From positions 372,001-436,000 of the forward strand of contig CM120643.1 in NCBI GenBank assembly GCA_051362555.1: DNA of 64,000 nt, read 5' to 3'. Origin of the DNA: Lingula anatina (taxonomy: Eukaryota > Animalia > Brachiopoda). The notes under the pieces were generated by a model. That model was not told the origin of the DNA, ran no database searches, and saw only the letters and a program-made list of their open reading frames with translations. Position 1 is the stretch's first letter. Every line of letters starts with the position of its first letter. Shown here one piece after another: positions 13,237 to 25,380 of the stretch. The position numbers were made by a program, and so were the translations under genes.

Positions 13237-15247
13237 TTTTTTATGTACAGACACAGATGTGTCTGTACATATAGCCATCATCTGCGTCTGTCGTCGCCGT
13301 CGCCGTCGTCGCTGTCGTCGCCGTCGCCGTCGCCGTGCACTTTTACCGATAACACGATAAGTGGAAAACCATTTTGCCTTTTGATTTGAAACTTGCAGAA
13401 CTGATGAATATTCATAATACGCAGGTCAAGTTCGAAAATCAGCATGATCGGGTCACTCTTAGGGAATTTATGCTGTTTTTTCACTTTTTTCAACATATAT
13501 GCAGCACCGATAACACAATAAGTGGAAAACCATTTTACCCTTTGGCTTGAAACTTACAGAACTGATGAATATTCATAATATGCAGGTCAAGTTCGAAAAT
13601 CGGCATGATTGGGCCATTTTTAGGGAATTTATGCTGTTTTTTCACTTTTTCAGCATATATGCAGCACCGATAACACAGTAAGTGGAAAACCATTTTACCT
13701 TTTGGCTTGAAACTTACAGAACTGATGAAAATTCTTAATACGCAGGTCAAGTTTGTAAATCAGCATGATTGGGCCATTTTTAGGGAATTTATGCTGTTTT
13801 TTCACTTTTTTCAGCATATATGCAGCACCGATAACACGATAAGTGGAAAACCATTTTACCTTTTGGCTTGAAACTTACAGAACTGATGAATATTCATAAT
13901 ACGCAGGTCAAGTTCGAAAAACAGCATGATTGGGTCATTTTTAGGGAATTTATGCTGTTTTTTCACTTTTTTCAGCATATATGCAGCACCGATAACATGA
14001 TAAGTGGAAAACCATTTTACCTTTTGGCTTGAAACTTACAGAACTGATGAATATTTATAATACGCAGGTCAAGTTTGAAAATCAGCTTTATCGGGTCATT
14101 TTTATGGAAGTTATGCTATTTTTTCATTTTTTTTAGCATATATGCAACACTGATACACGATAAGTGAAAAACTGTTTTACCTTTTGGCTTGAAACTTACA
14201 GAACTGATGAATATTCATATTACATAGGCAAAGTTTGAAAATCAGCGTGATCGGACCAATTTTATGGAAGTTATGCTGTTTTTTTCACTTTTTTCAGCAT
14301 GTATGCAATACCGCTAACGCATTTCAAGAAAAATCAATTGGCCAATTGTCTTGAAATTTACAGGGGAGATCAGTCTTACTGAAATACAGATGGAGTTTGA
14401 AAATGGTTCAGTTTTGGTGAAGTTATGCCTTTTTTATGTACAGACACAGATGTGTCTGTACATATAGCCGTCACCTGCGTCTGTCGTCGTCGCCGTCGTC
14501 ATCGCCGTGCACTTTCACCGATAACACAATAAGTGAAAAACCGTTTTACCTTTTGGCTTGAAACTTACAGAACTGATAAATATTCATAATACGCAGGTCA
14601 AGTTCGAAAATCAGCATGATCAGGTCATTTTTATGGAAGTTATGCTGTTTTTTCACTTTTTTCATCATATGTGCAACACCGATAACACGATAAGTGAAAA
14701 ATCGTTTTACCTTTTGGCTTATAACTTACAGAAATGATGAATATTCATAATACGCAGGTCAAGTTTGAAAATCAGCATGATCGGGCCATTTTTATGGAAG
14801 TTATGCTGTTTTTTCACTTTTTTCCGCATATGTGCAACACTGATAACACGATAAGTGAAAAACCGTTTTACCTTTTGGCTTGAAACTTACAGAACTAATG
14901 AATATTCATAATACGCAGGTCAAGTTCGAAAATCAGCATGATCGGGCCATATTTATGGAGGTTATGCTGTTTTTTTCACTTTTTTCAGCATATATGGTAT
15001 CTATTTTTTTTCTGTTGGAAGACCATCAAAATGGAGGATGGATCAACATAGATACTTTGGAATACTGTCAGAAAATATCTCTGGATCTGCTCCTGTTATT
15101 GACCATGTTACCTGTTGTGCATGATTAAAAATTACTGTTGACTGACTGTGCTATTATAAGCATTATTTATTATTGCATCAAAATTGACAAATTGACCTTT
15201 TTTTCCTGTTTTTTGTCTGTACATTTGACAGCTTTGCTGCCTTGTTT
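13237..15247 (+). mobile_element. HINE family A: two element heads (13237, 14430) with 161-bp arrays sharing one 3' end
   Basis: Same head hairpin and microsatellite at both positions; about 7 and 3 array units. Jumps at ~14995 to the terminal ~250 bp and ends GCTGCCTTGTTT. Confidence 0.8.
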
Positions 15248-15270
15248 AAATTTTGTTTTCTTTGCACTAA

Positions 15271-17401
15271 ACAGCCATTCCACGAAAAAGGGTACAATTC
15301 TGAATAATACCTGTCGCAGCCTATTTTCAGTAGTAAAAGCATCTGCAATTAAGCTTTTTTTAGCCTTTTTTAGCAGGACCCGATGTGTTCTACTTAAAAA
15401 ACAACAATTGATATAGTACCACTTGCTTTGACGGGAACCCCGGGGGTCTATATGCCGCAAAAAGCACGATTTCGACGTGTCGCTTCGGTATTATAGCTGA
15501 TTTGCCACAAGAAAAAGTTTATATTTTCCCGTATTTTAGTGTTTTTAGTCCTCAACTAATTTGAATTCATGTTTCCTTTTATCATACATGGTGTTCTCTG
15601 TCGAATTTGTTGGTTAGTTACGTCACTGTCATAGTTTAATCAATGTCGCTCAGTAACCCCTAACCTCCGTAACGCTTTTTTAACTCAGTGTAAGAATAAA
15701 AGAAAATGCTCTTAAATGGCCTTCCTGTGCATTTTTCAAACTCTTAATACATGAAGTTTAATAAAACAGTGCTATTTGTTAATTTTGAATGATGCGTTCC
15801 ATCATAGAGAATGTTAACTCACAAAAGTCGGGGTGTCGCATTTAAGAGCCTAACCTCAGTAACGGACCAAATTTGAAGAAAAAGTTGTTTTAGAAAGTTA
15901 AAAACATCATTTTTGTTAAGCAAGGACCAACTTCTTCCTAAAAAATTCATTCAATAGTTATGCAAAGTTATCCCGAGGATAAAAACTGAAAAAGAGTGCG
16001 TGTCACCTTGCATCCGTTATGCTAACCTCCGTTACCGAAATAAGTTAATTGTTATAAAAATGACTGTTAATACTTTAAAACGTTATTTCTGTGGTTTTGT
16101 GAGTTAGTTCTGATCATAGAAGTAGTTCTACTTCTATGTTCTGATGTAGTATGCATTCATACGGCTTGCTGTTAAAGACATTACCCCGTATTAATATAGA
16201 TATAAATTATACATATATAGCTGATAATTCTATCAAGATAAGCTAACCATTTAAGTTTTTACTCGAGTTTGCTATAAAATCGAGGGTAAATCGTGATTTG
16301 TTTTTTCAAATTGATTTCCATTTGTCACTTGACGATGCCTTTTTGAACTTATCATTCTGATTTTAAGCGAAATGAGGAGTTTTCAGGACTGTCTTGGCAA
16401 GAAAAATGGTACTAGCTGACATCAGTACTAGCGTACATGTAGCAGACATTATTTTCGCGGGAGACATATGGCGAAATATATTAAGCATCGAAGCAACGCT
16501 TGTATTTATCAGGTAGAACTGCGGGGTTATTAGGCCCTATCTTACTGTTTCAGTAGCACATAATAGTTTTTAACATCTTCTAGATGCTTCCAGTAACTTT
16601 AAATGGACAATTATCCGCAAACACGTGTCTATTGTCGGCCTACTTGATTGTATACATCAACTTTCTCGGGTATTGTGTTGTTTTTTACTGCCTATAGCTG
16701 CGATCATGTACATCTAGGTTTAATGTTTTGTTATTATGTAACGTTTGTCGTATCTGTAATACTACAAATTCCGAATTCAGCCTCTAAAGTCTACTTTAAG
16801 CTAAGAAATATCAAAACAAATATGATCGCTATTAATGACCTAACCTCCGTTACGAAATTACTCATTTTTCATTTGAACATTGGATATGTGTGTGCTCATT
16901 GATCAATGCTCATATCATAATAGATTGATTGCACTTTGTTCATAAACAAAAAGTATGATAAAAAAGAAAGTCTGTCTCCAATGATTAATAAAATATTTAA
17001 ATTGGAATATCTCAGGCTTTGTATTTATAGAAAACGAGCCACTTATTATCAGTGTGTTTGCACCGCATTTTCTATAATTGAAGAGAAATCTTAAATGGGC
17101 AATAATATTTTGAATACATACAAAATCTTAATAATTGAATCAAATATGGAGCCTGTGACCTTTGGCATGATTGAAATATAACCTAATTTAGATGTTACCT
17201 AACCTCCGTAACGAAAAAAATACTGTACCATGTTTACACGTGCATATTTCTTTAAATACAGTAATGGTGTGGGTTAAAATTCTTCTACTACTCTCTGAAT
17301 ACCTCTTCATCAAAATAATATAAAAAGTTTTCCAGTTTTGCAAAGTTCATATCACTGCATTTCTTGTTTTGGAATTGTACCCCTTTTCGTGGAATGGCCG
17401 T
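15271..17401. mobile_element. 2.1-kb non-autonomous TIR DNA transposon, PIF/Harbinger-like
   Basis: TIR ACAGCCATTCCACGAAAAAGGGTACAATTC versus GAATTGTACCCCTTTTCGTGGAATGGCCGT; TAA on both flanks; no transposase ORF. Confidence 0.75.
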
Positions 17402-19465
17402 TAAATCCGAAAATAAATATCGTACACGCTCTAACTGTGGATAAAAATTTAGATTTGCAAAGTATGGGAATCAGGAGCGACATAAAGACGTGGACGGTTT
17501 ACAAGATTATCAAAGTCTTAGCCAGATTCGGAATAATATACAAATAAATCTTGAAGTGACTGTCCACATTCACTTAAAATTAACTCTGGTTCTCGGTGTG
17601 CATGATCAATGATGACACCAAGCGCAAATAACGCAACATGTACACAGAGGACTGATATCTAACCAAGCCCGTCTTTTTCTTCATTAGGCATGTTATTCAC
17701 TTTGAAAATTCAAACCAAACGAAGCATTAAGGTTTACATACACTTTAATATAACGAATTTTCTGGAACAAAATACTTTAAAATATCATTTTTAGGTAATA
17801 ATTCTTATATGACTGACCAAAATAATAAATCTTATGATCTAAATTTAAAAAATCTATAGATTTTGTTTAATAATTATTGATTGTTCATTATCTTTTTCAG
17901 CAAAATTGACAAAAGTTGACGGTTTAAAACTTCATGGATCATTTCAGAACACCCATTACCTCCCGAAAATTGGGCTTTGCGACAGCTCAAGTGATTTTGA
18001 AAAAAAGGAATACAAAAGGCTACGGTTAATGACAGTCCTACAGAAACATGGACAAACGATATCTAAATGAAGTTCATTTCCGTTTTGGTTTTTCGACACT
18101 TCTTCAGTCAAAAGCTTGATATTGAAAGAGTTACTTCATTCTTATAACATGACACAGCTTATGAAATTCTTCTCTTCTACACTTCTGTTTTTTAATTTAA
18201 GACCTAAACGGCATCTGAATGATCTCAATCCTGGGACTTTTTGTAGCCAACTTTAGAAAACAGGTTTCTTATCAAATACGCAACAAAGATCTCAATTCTA
18301 CTACTGGAATATTAAAACTTTATTTTATTTCGGATGACAATCTTTATCACACCCCATGGTTTAACTTTGTTTCAGAAAACAGATATTTGATCCCCGCCCA
18401 GCACTGAAAACACCGAGAACCAGAGGAAACTTATTCACAGCCAAAGTACCATATTTATAATTGTTAAAAGATTGTTATGGTACATGTGGACAATTCTGAA
18501 GTAACGTGGGCACATTTTGCCCATTACATAATGTTGGGATTTCTGAGGCGTTATACTTTTTATAAATAGTGTCTTTTATAGATTTACATCCCTTCCTCTT
18601 TTTCGACTAAACACACAATAAATATAATAAAAAGTTGCCAATATTTTACGTAATGCGGTTGCAATGTCTTTCCTTCCCAGAAGTCAACATCATTTACAAT
18701 GTATAAGAGTACATCTTCAATTTCACAGCGAGTTGTCAAGTTGCAAATTTGCCCACATATTTTCAGTGACAAACAGAAAACATTTCTCTTCTTGGAAAAT
18801 TTAAAATAATCACTTTCATTTTTATACAAACATTATTTCTGTTAAATGAGAACTTCAAATCTAGCGTTTTAGGTTCGAAAAAGGACGGGTATCAACCCCA
18901 ACCCAAAAGTATACATAAATTACCCTCATAACACCATGATCAGATATAGCACTGCACTACGACATAGTAATATAGAATTACCGAAAGAAACAAACCAGCA
19001 TCATGCAGGGCGGACGCTTAGTATGGATTTAATTTCAATGAAATGTTTCATAAATTAAAAAAACTTGCTTTATTCGACGTTTAATTTGATATACGTTTTG
19101 GAGCAGAATGTTACAAACAAAATCAAACAACATTCCGTACTGAATGTCGTCCCTGCAAATGAACGAGCAGACAAACGTCGGCATGGGAGGCAATCTTGGC
19201 TTGGCATGGGTGTGGCGCTGTATGTGTCAAACACGAAACGTGTCTCTGAGTAGGACGCTTCTGGTATCTTCGCAAACGATACTTAGAGTCACTGATATTA
19301 AAGGAATAAATTCACATTCATGAAACAATGTTTAAATATCTGATAAAGCGGTACATGTTCATTACAGCAATTCGTGTCAGTATCATTTGTGTTATAATTA
19401 ACAAATCGCAATTAAGCTTTAAAATACACACACACACACACACACAAACACATATTCATATTGAA

Positions 19466-19814
19466 CCCTCATGGAAAGCTAATGGTACCAGAAACAAAAA
19501 GGTGCCCAAAAGGCACTGAGGGAAAGCTAAGAGAAAGTGTGGCCATTATGCCTAGAGTGCACCATTTCTGGAAAATATCATCAATGCAAAACTAAGAAAT
19601 GGTACAATACATTTTATCAGCTTTATGGAACTTACGAGACACTGCTGCTGGTTTCAGTGCCATCTTTTCGGCCTACATGTGGCAGTAGCAGTAATATGGC
19701 ATGGGACATCCTTCTTCTCCATCTTCTGCTGACCTTGGTCCTATCTGAGCACCTCTCACCAAAACGCTCACCTGATTTACATGATGATGTAGAGGTCACC
19801 TACTTTCCGTGCGG
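19466..19814. mobile_element. Possible degenerate MITE
   Basis: CCCTCATGGAAAG versus CTTTCCGTGCGG, plus internal inverted GGCACTGA/TCAGTGCC motifs. Confidence 0.3.
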
Positions 19815-20592
19815 ACGCTTCGGTTTGAATTATTATGAGAAGGCACTATAAGTTTCCATCCCGAAAAGAGGATTAGGGGTTGATAAAGTCATAATGACAC
19901 ACACACACAAAAATAATAAAAAAAATAGAAACGCATTTTCAAAGTCAACATACTTTATATTGTGTGACAGGGCATACAAATCATATTTCATAGGTCGAAT
20001 GAACGAACTGGGGGGGGGGGGTGATAGAAAAGACAGGATTTTCATTCAATCTTACGTACAGAGTAACCACAATTTTCTTGTTGACAGAATCGTTGTTTAA
20101 GAACGACACTAGTTTCTGGCTGCCAGGTTCGTTTATGAAAATAAAACAAAACTGGAAAATTGACACGTGACCCTAACTTCAGCGCCCCAAAAGTTAAGAC
20201 AACCCCCATGTACTCTGTCTTCAAAAAGATAAGAATTTAATAATTTAATAATTTCATTCAAATACATAAGCAATGTGGCTACCATGATTTATTGTACTTA
20301 ATAAAATGATTTCAGAAACAAACAAAAAAAAAAAAAAAAAGAAATCGTAGAAACTTAAAGCGTAGATATAAACGCTTTGTCGCAGGTGAAATCTTGAAAC
20401 ATACGAGACGCCACAGAGCACAAAGAGAGAATCGTTCACGTCACAATGCCGTACTTCAGTGAAATCTGATGGCTCGCAAACGAACAAAACTAAACGTCTT
20501 GATAAGGCAGACAATATTCTTATCGCACTTTAATCAAGTTTTACAATGAAAACTAGAATCCAGAACGGTCCGTCAGATAATGTGATAGTCAA

Positions 20593-20858
20593 TTAATAAG
20601 TGTCGCTGTGGCTTTCGTCGGATTTCTCACAGATAAACCCTGGCAGACGATCCCTACAGCGCGCGTTTAGCCAGGCGTAGTCCCTGCTGGTGTCCAGATA
20701 GCCACAGTTCATGTCCTCCACGTGCGAGGGGTAGCCGTCATACCACGGGGGACGGAAGGAAAGCCTCGAAGTTTGACTGGACGTGTAAGGGTACCACCAG
20801 GTCCAACCCGTCTCTTCAGAGTAGTAGAGCGACATCCACAACGACCCCGGTCGGATAC
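20593..20858 (-). CDS. Lectin gene exon 7: C-type lectin domain, C-terminal half and stop
   Basis: LWMSL...WTW...WYDGYP...NCGYL...WLNARCRDRLPGFICEK...*. Confidence 0.9.
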
Positions 20859-23800
20859 CTAGCGATAGGAAGTAAAAGCATAGACATGGAGATTTATGTA
20901 ATCAATGTTAACAACGGAAGATACACAGTTTTTAGAAAAAAAAAATAGGCGACAATATTAAATAAGGACGTGGGGATTCATCGCGCTTAGAAACTGGGGA
21001 ATGCACGTTTACGTTCAACCTTAATAATATACCCTTTACGTTTTAAATGAAATACTGGATTATAAAGTAATTTGGACACATTTGCTAGTCTTTATTTGCC
21101 AAAGCTTTTACTCCATCTTAACGACTCCTTACTCTGCAACATCAGCATGGCCCGGATGAAGTTGTCCTCCTCTTGTGTTTCTATGGCAACCAGGTGTCCG
21201 CCAAGGTGTGCGCAGTCTTCCTGCGCACTGGCCTGGGCACGTGGGATGGTATGAAGAAGATAACAGTGACCACCATATACCATAGCGTCCGCCCAACCGG
21301 GGCATCCTTAGGTAAATAAATGAATAATAAAAAATAACACTTTACGTGTATATCATATTATGATGATGATGATCATACATCACAAAAACTAGTTCATTTA
21401 CCAACAGTTTGTTTACAGGCACTAGTAACACGTGCAGTGCCGCCCGCCCCCACAATAGACCAGTGCAGTGACCTATCTAGAGTGTGACAGCTAAATAACG
21501 CCTAATTCAGAATAGTGGACTAACTAGTCCGAGGGTCAAATATGGCCGACCCACTTGAATACTTCCCAGCGGGAAATCTATTCAGTGTCTATTAGTGGAT
21601 TAGATGGCAAGCTTTGTGGTGGGTCGCCATATTTGACCAGCGGACTAGTTAGCCCCCTACTTTGAATGGCACCTAAGAAGTGGGCTTGTCTGCCACTTGG
21701 GGCGCCACTAGCAGGAGTTTTAATAACATTTAGTACACATTTATATATGACCCCATAATATATATCCCCCCATACAGGAACGCCCTGAAGATAATTCCAA
21801 AATTTGTCATAGCACTTCCCCGCCTCACCCCTGGATAAGTGTACTGAGTTTGGGAACTCACCAGTTCTGCAACTGTTATCCCGACATCTGAACCCTGTCA
21901 TGCAGTCTCTGTCAACTTCACATGATCCACCCAGAGCTGGAAACAAATTCATTAACGACTTTAAATAAACTTTGGAAGATTGGCCAAGTATAAGAGGCCT
22001 TGGTTTATGTAAAAAAATACAAAAATGCTAACACGGAGGGTTTTGTATCTTTTGTGTCAAGGAGAAATAAGAATAACGAAAAATAAACAATTTTTCCTAA
22101 AATATGGAAAATATAAAGTCTGCCACCGTATGATTTAAAAAGCCAGAAACGAAGATGAAATCTCTGTAATTGTTGAGGTTTGTACCTACCACGGCGGCAC
22201 TGCTTGGTCATTGGATCACATGTCAGGTTGTGTAAATCAGCACAATCAAAGTCTGTAGAACATGCCATGCCTTTCTCTGCAAAAACCAAGGTTAATATGT
22301 TATATTTCATGTATAAAACGCATCGCAAGTCGCCATACTTAGTGTTATTGTTATTGTATCAGCTACAGGTAGGTACGGGTTTTGTATGCTTATATGCAGC
22401 AAGCTACGTCTGAATTTCCGAAATTTGAAAACGAAAAGAAAACAGCAATGTTTTAACATTAAAAAAGTAATGTACTCCCAAAATGTGCTACATTCGTGGA
22501 ATTTCCACTGATGTCATTGGTTGCCTTTTTTTTTTTTTTTTTTTTTTTGCATTATCGAACATCGATATGTGCTTTTGTTTACAATGATCAGTTATATTTC
22601 TTAAGTGCCCTATATTCAGGTGTGTCGGTATGGTAGTGGAATGAAATACTTGATAAAGACAGTGAATTCCTGATAACCATTAAGAGGATACACATTCTTC
22701 CTTTTCATTGGTTGTAATTTCTCCATTTTTTGGATATAAATACGTACTTTATATTACAATAAACGCAAGGAAGACTCCGCATACTGGAGAATTACCCCCC
22801 AGAAAAATCCGTTTAAAGGCACTTTTCCCGCCAAAATAAAGAGTGGTCAGTAGTTCCCACATATACTCACGTGGTGTTATATTGGTAGGGCCTAAATTGA
22901 CGTTAACCCCCAGGAAAATCCGTTTTAAGACACTTTTCCAGCCAAAATGAAGAGTTGACACTGAGTTCCCTCTCATACTCACGTGCTTTACAAAACCCCA
23001 AGCCCTGCTTCACCATGCAGGTGGCGCCACGGATACACTCAGGATCATCTCCACACTTCCCGTTGATGGGTCGTATACACTCCTTCTCCACATCTGCGCA
23101 CACGTATCCCGTGCTGCACTGCGAGGTGGTCTCACACTTGGCTTTGATGTTTAACTTACACGTGGCAGTCTGCGGATCACAAATCATCGGTCTCGTGCAG
23201 TCAGTGAAACTTTGGCACGAGGCGTTAAAGCCTCGCTCACACGTGCGCACTTGGTACTCGTTTTTGATGCACGCTGTCCCAGTGACGCAATCGAAGTTGG
23301 TCTCACAAGGGTTGCCGCGTTTTGCCTTGCACCTGCTGACCAACAGTCTGGTGTCACATTCTAAGTCTGCGGCACAGTCACTGCTGCTTTGACAGGTGAA
23401 GTTGACCATCCCACGGCAGGTCTTGTGATCCAGCCCTATGTCGCACTTGCTGTTCCAGACACATTCTGAAGAGTCCTTGCACTGTTCGCCGACAGGCAGA
23501 AGACATCGGTTCTCAAGACCGTCGTTCTGAGGGAAGCAGCCAGCCCTGCCGCTGCAGTCGTAGGAGGATGAGCAAGTGCCGCGTAGAGCCGTTTTGCACT
23601 GTCGGCTCAGCTGGTCGCAAACCTGCTCTTCGTCGCAATGATTATCGTCACTGCACATGCGAACACACACCTTACGTGCCGTGTCGCAAATGTACTCAGC
23701 CTTACAGTCGCTTGTGGACATACACTGAACCCCTGGGACAGTCCGGCAGATCTGACTTGTGACGTCACACTCACTACCCGTGACGCAAACATTGTTGGCC

Positions 23801-25338
23801 GTGGTGGCGCCCCTGCAGGAGCCCCCAATAGGCACGCTGCAGAGGCTGGTCTCCTTGTCGCACACACTGTCGTGCATACACTCCTCTGAGCTGATGCAGC
23901 GGTAGCCGAGGGGGACTAGACACCTGTTGGAGTAGGAATCGCAGATGGCGCGATGTTCGCAGACAGACTGTTGACCCGTGAAACACTGGTGGCCGACCCC
24001 GTACTTGCAGAGGTGCACCTCCCGGTCACACACGTACCCCACCTGGCAGTCGCTGAGCGTCTCACACCGATTGTTGAACTTCATTTTGCAGACGTTCTCC
24101 TCACAGGAGCCTCCGCTGACACACTCCATTTCATCCTTGCAGTGCCCTCCTGGTTTCTGCTTGCAGGTGGCGGACGCGCTGTCGCACAGCAACCCGTTAG
24201 CGCAGTTAGCGTCCACGTTACAGTGACTCCCCAGGTGCCCCTTACAGGTGCCCGTGACAGTGTCACATGCCGCGTGAGATATACACTGCTCAAGCGTCAA
24301 CGAACAGGACGACCCCAATCCATAGCGACATTCACGTGACTCAATATCGCACGTGGTATCTGATACGCAGTCATGATTGGTGGAGCACTGTCCGTTAGCG
24401 CCTCTCCTGCATTCTCGCATGGCGGAATCACAAACGAGTCCAGATTGACACTCGGACGTATTAGAACACCTCTCCTTGAGCCCCACCTTGGGTCCCATGA
24501 CCTCCATAGTGTTAGGACCAGGGTCGATAGATGTCTCTCCTTTCCCAGCTGTATCTCCAGTCTCATCTGAGCTGCCATTAGTTTTATCCGCAAGCTTATG
24601 GGGTTCGACTTCTGAAATGCACATTTTACTCCAATTATTCATTTATTTATCTGCCGCAGACGGGTGGGTGATGACCATGATTAGGTATTAAACATGAGTA
24701 TACCTGTCCAGTATATATATATACTTTACATGCGTAAATAAATAAATTCAATATCTTATTTATGATGTATACATGCATGCCAAGGGTATGTTGCCACGAT
24801 TCCACCAAACATTTTTATTCCGCAGACTATATTCTAAAAATTTAGTCACTATTATGGGTACTGTGCTCGAATTTTAAAATAATCAAACAAACCCTACAAC
24901 AAATGTGCCTAAAACCGTCTAAAATTGGAATAAGGAACAACAAAATACGACCCAAATATTCAAGAATCCAAGGAGGCTAAACAAGCCCTGACCGTACCTC
25001 CGCCTCCCTCGGTTGGTGCCATCAGTTTAGACACCTGCTCCTGAAGCACTGCCACCTGGGCTGCCAGGGCTTTCAGCTCACTGTCACATGGACATAGAAA
25101 ACTCAGGTCCTCTGTGCTCATCTCTGTACCACATGACACCTTTCCCTGAAATACATGGGTTGATTTATTTATTTTAATTTATCAATTTCACCATATATCT
25201 GTTCGTTCCGTCACACAATCCTTTACTTATTTGTTTATCTATCCATGTATTCATGCCTTTACGCGCAAAAACATTGTTTAAGGTTTGTTAGATTGTCCAT
25301 TCGGCCGTTGGTCTTTTCTGTTCACTTTTAACTCTTCA

Positions 25339-25380
<42 letters not shown>

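Noticed and set aside
22955-24691. Overlapping and antisense ORFs over lectin exon 3 (similarly over the USP10 and sacsin exons)
   Set aside because: Shadow frames of real coding exons.
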